NCBI GenBank assembly: GCA_012295275.1
Contig: CM022677.1
Span: 4,588,001-4,652,000 of the forward strand
DNA: 64,000 nt
Origin: Chrysomallon squamiferum
Taxonomy: Eukaryota; Animalia; Mollusca
Direction of reading: 5' to 3'
The notes under the pieces are model-generated. The model ran no database searches. It was not told the origin of the DNA and saw nothing but the letters and a program-made list of their open reading frames with translations. The translations under genes were made by a program, and so were the position numbers. This document shows positions 59,996 through 64,000 of the stretch, piece by piece (position 1 is the stretch's first letter; each line of letters begins with the position of its first letter).

Positions 59996-60242
59996 TCGGT
60001 TTGAAAAAGGTGTCTTCCAATGTGAAACTGAATTGGCACATCACGACGGCGCGATTATTAATGCATTTCAATTTCAATGTTTCATTTTTATTTTTTTTTT
60101 TATTTTTTTTTAGTCAATTAGAAAATAAGTAAGTAAATAAATAAATAATAAATAAATAAACAAACAAACAAACAAACAAACCAACAAATATACAAACTAA
60201 CAAACAAACAAAAACTATTAATAATAATAATAACAAGGATGA

Positions 60243-60312
<70 letters not shown>

Positions 60313-61043
60313 TAATAATAATAATAATAATAATTAAAACAACAACAACAACAAGAAAAACAGTAATAAAATAAATAAAAAAAAAAAAAAAAAAAAATAG
60401 ATGCTGGAAATTGTTTTCACTGAAACCATAAATTTGGAAAGATGTCCTGCAGATATTAAATTCTGTCTTAATTGAAAATAACGACGATTACGATTTAATT
60501 TATAAAATGATCCGACACGTTGTTGTTGTTGTTGTTGCACTTACTCAGAAGACTGAGCCCACTGCCCAGACGACAGTGTGCCTAGTGTGCGTTGGTGCCG
60601 TGGACTCGGTCTTGCATGCGTTTTTTTTTTTTTTTTTTTTTTTTTTTCACTGCAGCAAAACTGAATCATTTATTAAACGCATTGAACCCTATTGAAGAAA
60701 AAACAACAACAAAAAAAACACAACTTTTTGGCAGCACCAAGTTCAAACTAAATCCATGTAGAATGTTTTTTTGGAATTAAACACACTAACCTGGCAACTT
60801 TGTATCGATTTTACAGATTATTTTTCTCTGCAGTAAAGCTACAAGGGTAATTTTGACGACTACACGAAACGAGATTTATTAGAGAGGGAAATAAGCCATG
60901 TAATAAAATGAAGGCAATTTTTAAAACATTCAGGTAGTATATATTCGAAGTGTTGAAACTGTATAATTTCGACATTACATATCAATTAGGAAACATTAGT
61001 GGCAACAGCAACACGCACAAAACAGAGAAAATGTACACCTGGT

Positions 61044-61083
61044 TTGGATGGGTGACCGCCTGGGAACACCGAGTGCCGTACAC
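61044..61083 (+). pseudogene. 5S rRNA 3'-terminal fragment (box C to 3' end)
   Basis: TTGGATGGGTGACCGCCTGGGAACACCGAGTGCCGTACAC vs metazoan 5S 3' third TTGGATGGG(T/A)GACCGCCTGGGAATACCGGGTG(C/T)TGTAG. Confidence 0.85.
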
Positions 61084-61339
61084 ACACACACACACACAAA
61101 CACCCCCACACACACACACACACATATATACAGATACATACATTTTTTCTTCTTCTTCTTCTTCTTCTTCTTCGATGGCCCTCAGCCCGTGTTCATTCCG
61201 GCAAACAAAAAAAAAAAAAAAAATCAAGACTTTTCTTTTTTTTCTTGTGTTTTTTCTTTTACCGAGACTGTGACCTTTTTCACCAATCGGAGATATTGTC
61301 CGTTTTAGCTGCTGGTTTTCAGCTGCTGCCGTTTTCGGG

Positions 61340-61406
61340 CAAATCTCCTGGTCAAAGGCTGAGTCTCAATAGATCGCAGTGAGGTGGCTGCTCTACTAAG
61401 TACGAA
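61340..61406 (-). pseudogene. 28S rRNA 3'-terminal fragment
   Basis: Reverse complement TTCGTACTTAGTAGAGCAGCCACCTCACTGCGATCTATTGAGACTCAGCCTTTGACCAGGAGATTTG matches the conserved end of metazoan 28S (human: TTCGTACGTAGCAGAGCAGCTCCCTCGCTGCGATCTATTGAAAGTCAGCCCTCGACACAAGGGTTTG). Confidence 0.9.
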
Positions 61407-61672
61407 AAGGTACCCCTAGCATTTTCAACGTGTGGCACTATGCACGGTGGTCGGGAAAAATATTTCAGTGTGTGCAAAAGTGCGCGCCGTCGGGGCGAGT
61501 GTTGCAAAAACGTTTCCAACATTTACCAAAGGTGCTGCACCTTTTGGAAATGCTTGTGAAAAAAAATACGAGCAAATTTTCAAAATATGTGCGTTTTTTG
61601 TTCACGTGTTGGAAACGAGTTGTCAAAGTCAAAGCAGATACAGTACAGGTTTGACAGCAGAAACAACTTGAT

Positions 61673-63079
61673 GTGAATGACAGCCTTGAAATAATGAATT
61701 ACAACAATGAAATAGAAGGTCTGCTTTGTGAGAAATGTGTGTGGAGTCAGTGTGTAATACACTCAAATACCCGCAAACAGAGACACCTACCTTACCAGTG
61801 GCAGATGGAGATTTGTGACAAATGGGTCAACTTTGACATAGTGGAGAATGAGATGATCGAGCAGTGTTTTTGTAGTCTGAAGTCAGATACAGGAAATACA
61901 GAGTTGAGTTAAAAACAACCAGAAGCGATAAATGAAATTTTATTTATATGGAATAACGTATAAGTTTTAATAACAGTGACATATCAGAATGTAGTTTTAC
62001 TTTTGTTTCAGAGTACAGCCTTGAGAAGGTATTGGCCACAAGTTCATCCTCCTTGGATCCTGATCTAACCAGTGTCCTAAGTTTTTCTCGTTTTGAAAAC
62101 GTTTGTATTAAAAATAATTTGAAAAATAAGCCACTTAGAAGATTTCCTCTCTTGTTTTACGTAAATTCTTTTACTGTTTTATTGCTTACTACTACACAAC
62201 ACTATGTAAACATGTTATGTGTTACTCGTATTGCAATTGTACTATTACTTTTTTGTGCCACTAATTAGAGAGAGACATACACACATTTTTTTTTTTCAGT
62301 TTTCAAAGAATTTCTGTATTGCATTTGCCAGTAACTTCATTCCAATTGTTGTTGATTTTCACTTAACGAGAGCTTTAGTTTGTTTGGAACTGGGAGTGGT
62401 TGATGTCAAAGTTCAGCGTCTCTCAACAGCATCACTGGACAAGCAGACAACTTCACACAGCTCACACAGTGGTCTTGGTATTTCGAGGCAGACTCTGGAA
62501 ATTGGTTGCCTTATGAGCAAGTGATTACTAATTTTATTTGATTGATGAACTACTTTTTTATTTTTTATTCTTATTTATTTTATTTTATCTTTCATTTTGT
62601 TTTATTTATTTATTTATTGCCTTGCTTTAAAAAAAATTAAAAACCGACAAAAAAAAACGACATTATACGTAAGAAAGATATATAATATTTAAAGAAATGA
62701 AAATTTATAAAACCACAATTTAAAAAAAAGTAAGAAGAAAGAAAGAAAGAAAGAGATGTTTAAAATGTTCATGTTAATACCTATAACATTGTGTTTCTAA
62801 TATATTAATAGTTATCAAATAAAAGAATCTGTTGTATCACATTCATACATAGTCAAATAACTACACATCATCTCACACACCTGATATTACATTACATATA
62901 TCATACATCATACCCATATGATATATCACATTACACATATTATAATATTATATAAAACAGCATATTGTGTTTATTTTAGGAAAGTCTGCAGTATACTCTT
63001 GAACTGAAGTACTTGGCTGGGCAACCATTTTATAATTTTGAAACAGACAAATATCAGTATGAAATACATTTTTGCCAGA

Positions 63080-63162
<83 letters not shown>

Positions 63163-63567
63163 ATTTACTTATTTTTATTATATAATAAAATTCAGAGTTC
63201 ATCGATGTCTTTCGTCCAAGAAGTTTCCACGTTCACCAACTCTCCCAGACAACTGGTTCCCTGTAGACTGTTACCAACCAGTAGAACTGGTTCCCTGTAG
63301 ACTGTTACCAACCAGTAGAACTGGTGAAACTCTAGACTGTTACCCACCAGTAGAACTGGTGAAACTCTAGACTGTTACCAACCAGTAGAACTGGTTCCCT
63401 GTAGACTGTTACCAGGCAGTAGAACTGGTGAAACTAAAACTTGATGACTTCACCGAAGACGAAGAGGTGAAAACTGTGATGAAATTATTTTTCCCTACCA
63501 TGAACAAATCGGAAGTCAAATTGAAATCTTTGTTTCGCATTCAGAATCTACCCATGTGGTACTGTAG
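61673..63567 (+). pseudogene. Tandem-WWE + PARP gene (PARP12/ZAP/TIPARP-like mono-ADP-ribosyltransferase family), disabled; probably continues beyond the window
   Basis: Exon ~61673-61900 HLPYQWQMEICDKWVNF..NEMIEQCFC (WWE1). Exon 62300-62520 KVQRLSTAS [frameshift] TQWSWYFEADSGNWLPYEQ. Exon 62980-63567 LELKYLAG..YEIHFCQM (WWE2), LPDNWFP..VELVKL..EEVKTVMKLFFPTM..LFRIQNLPMW (start of PARP domain), donor GTAAGA at 63568. Interrupted by (CT)n and a 34/35-bp repeat. Confidence 0.85.
63251..63436 (+). repeat. 34/35-bp minisatellite x5 inside the PARP exon
   Basis: aactggt(tccctg/gaaactc)tagactgttaccaaccagtag at 63251, 63285, 63319, 63354, 63389, partial at 63423. Confidence 0.95.
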
Positions 63568-63768
63568 GTAAGAGTCCACAATTTATGACACTGTTTACAT
63601 ACAATTAAATAGCCTAAATACATTATGTATACTTCAAGATATGTTTTATTTATTTATTTATCATCATCATTATCATCATATTTTTTTTATCCAATCTTAG
63701 TTCATAAATCATTTATTATACATGATTTGTACTGCCTCAGATACAGGTGTTTAATCCGTATCTCATCC

Positions 63769-63975
63769 TTAAATAATAAATCAGTGATAGATATTTAATC
63801 AGTATGTAGTCATAAAATAAATAATCAATGAAAGATATTAATCAGTAATTTTTCATTAAATAATAAATCAGTGATAGATATTTAATCTGTATGTACTCAT
63901 TAAATAAATAATCAATGAAAGATATTAATCAGTAATTTTTCATTAAATAATAAATCAGTGATAGATCTTTAATTA
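63769..63975. repeat. ~87-bp tandem repeat, ~2.3 copies
   Basis: ttaaataataaatcagtgatagat... at ~63769, ~63856, ~63943. Confidence 0.85.
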
Positions 63976-64000
63976 AATAAATAAAAATCAGTTTTCATTA

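Noticed and set aside
59300-60132. ORFs of ~100-210 aa on both strands
   Set aside because: Products of a complex microsatellite.
61037-61049. ACCTGGTTTGGAT resembling the first bases of 18S at the 5S junction
   Set aside because: Only an 8-bp exact match; could easily be chance.
61430-61671. 74-79 aa ORFs as 5' exons of the PARP gene
   Set aside because: No CCCH or WWE pattern; composition fits the adjacent non-coding spacer-like patch.

Overview
AT-rich, microsatellite-dense animal genomic DNA with GT-AG introns and a 200-N scaffold gap. The rRNA fragments look invertebrate, possibly lophotrochozoan, but the species cannot be fixed from the sequence. The region is mostly duplicated and decayed material. 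The only clearly intact CDS is an intronless 186-aa classical-Ras paralog (15959-16519, minus). It carries G12A, Q61E/E62K/E63R and Y40C equivalents and sits head-to-head with a diverged 5'ETS/18S-like rDNA fragment. Pseudogenes: two partial tandem copies of an unidentified multi-exon coiled-coil gene, a possible GPCR fragment, and a disabled WWE-PARP (PARP12/TIPARP-like) gene. Mobile elements: two MULE transposase remnants, a Ty3/Gypsy pol remnant, and an LTR with a tRNA-Leu primer-binding site. A convergent 5S plus 28S-3'ETS rDNA fragment lies just upstream of the PARP exons. Several direct and inverted segmental duplications and many young minisatellites occur, some seeded inside coding sequence by microhomology. 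All homology calls come from manual translation and remembered consensus motifs; no database searches were run, and boundaries of degenerate features are approximate.
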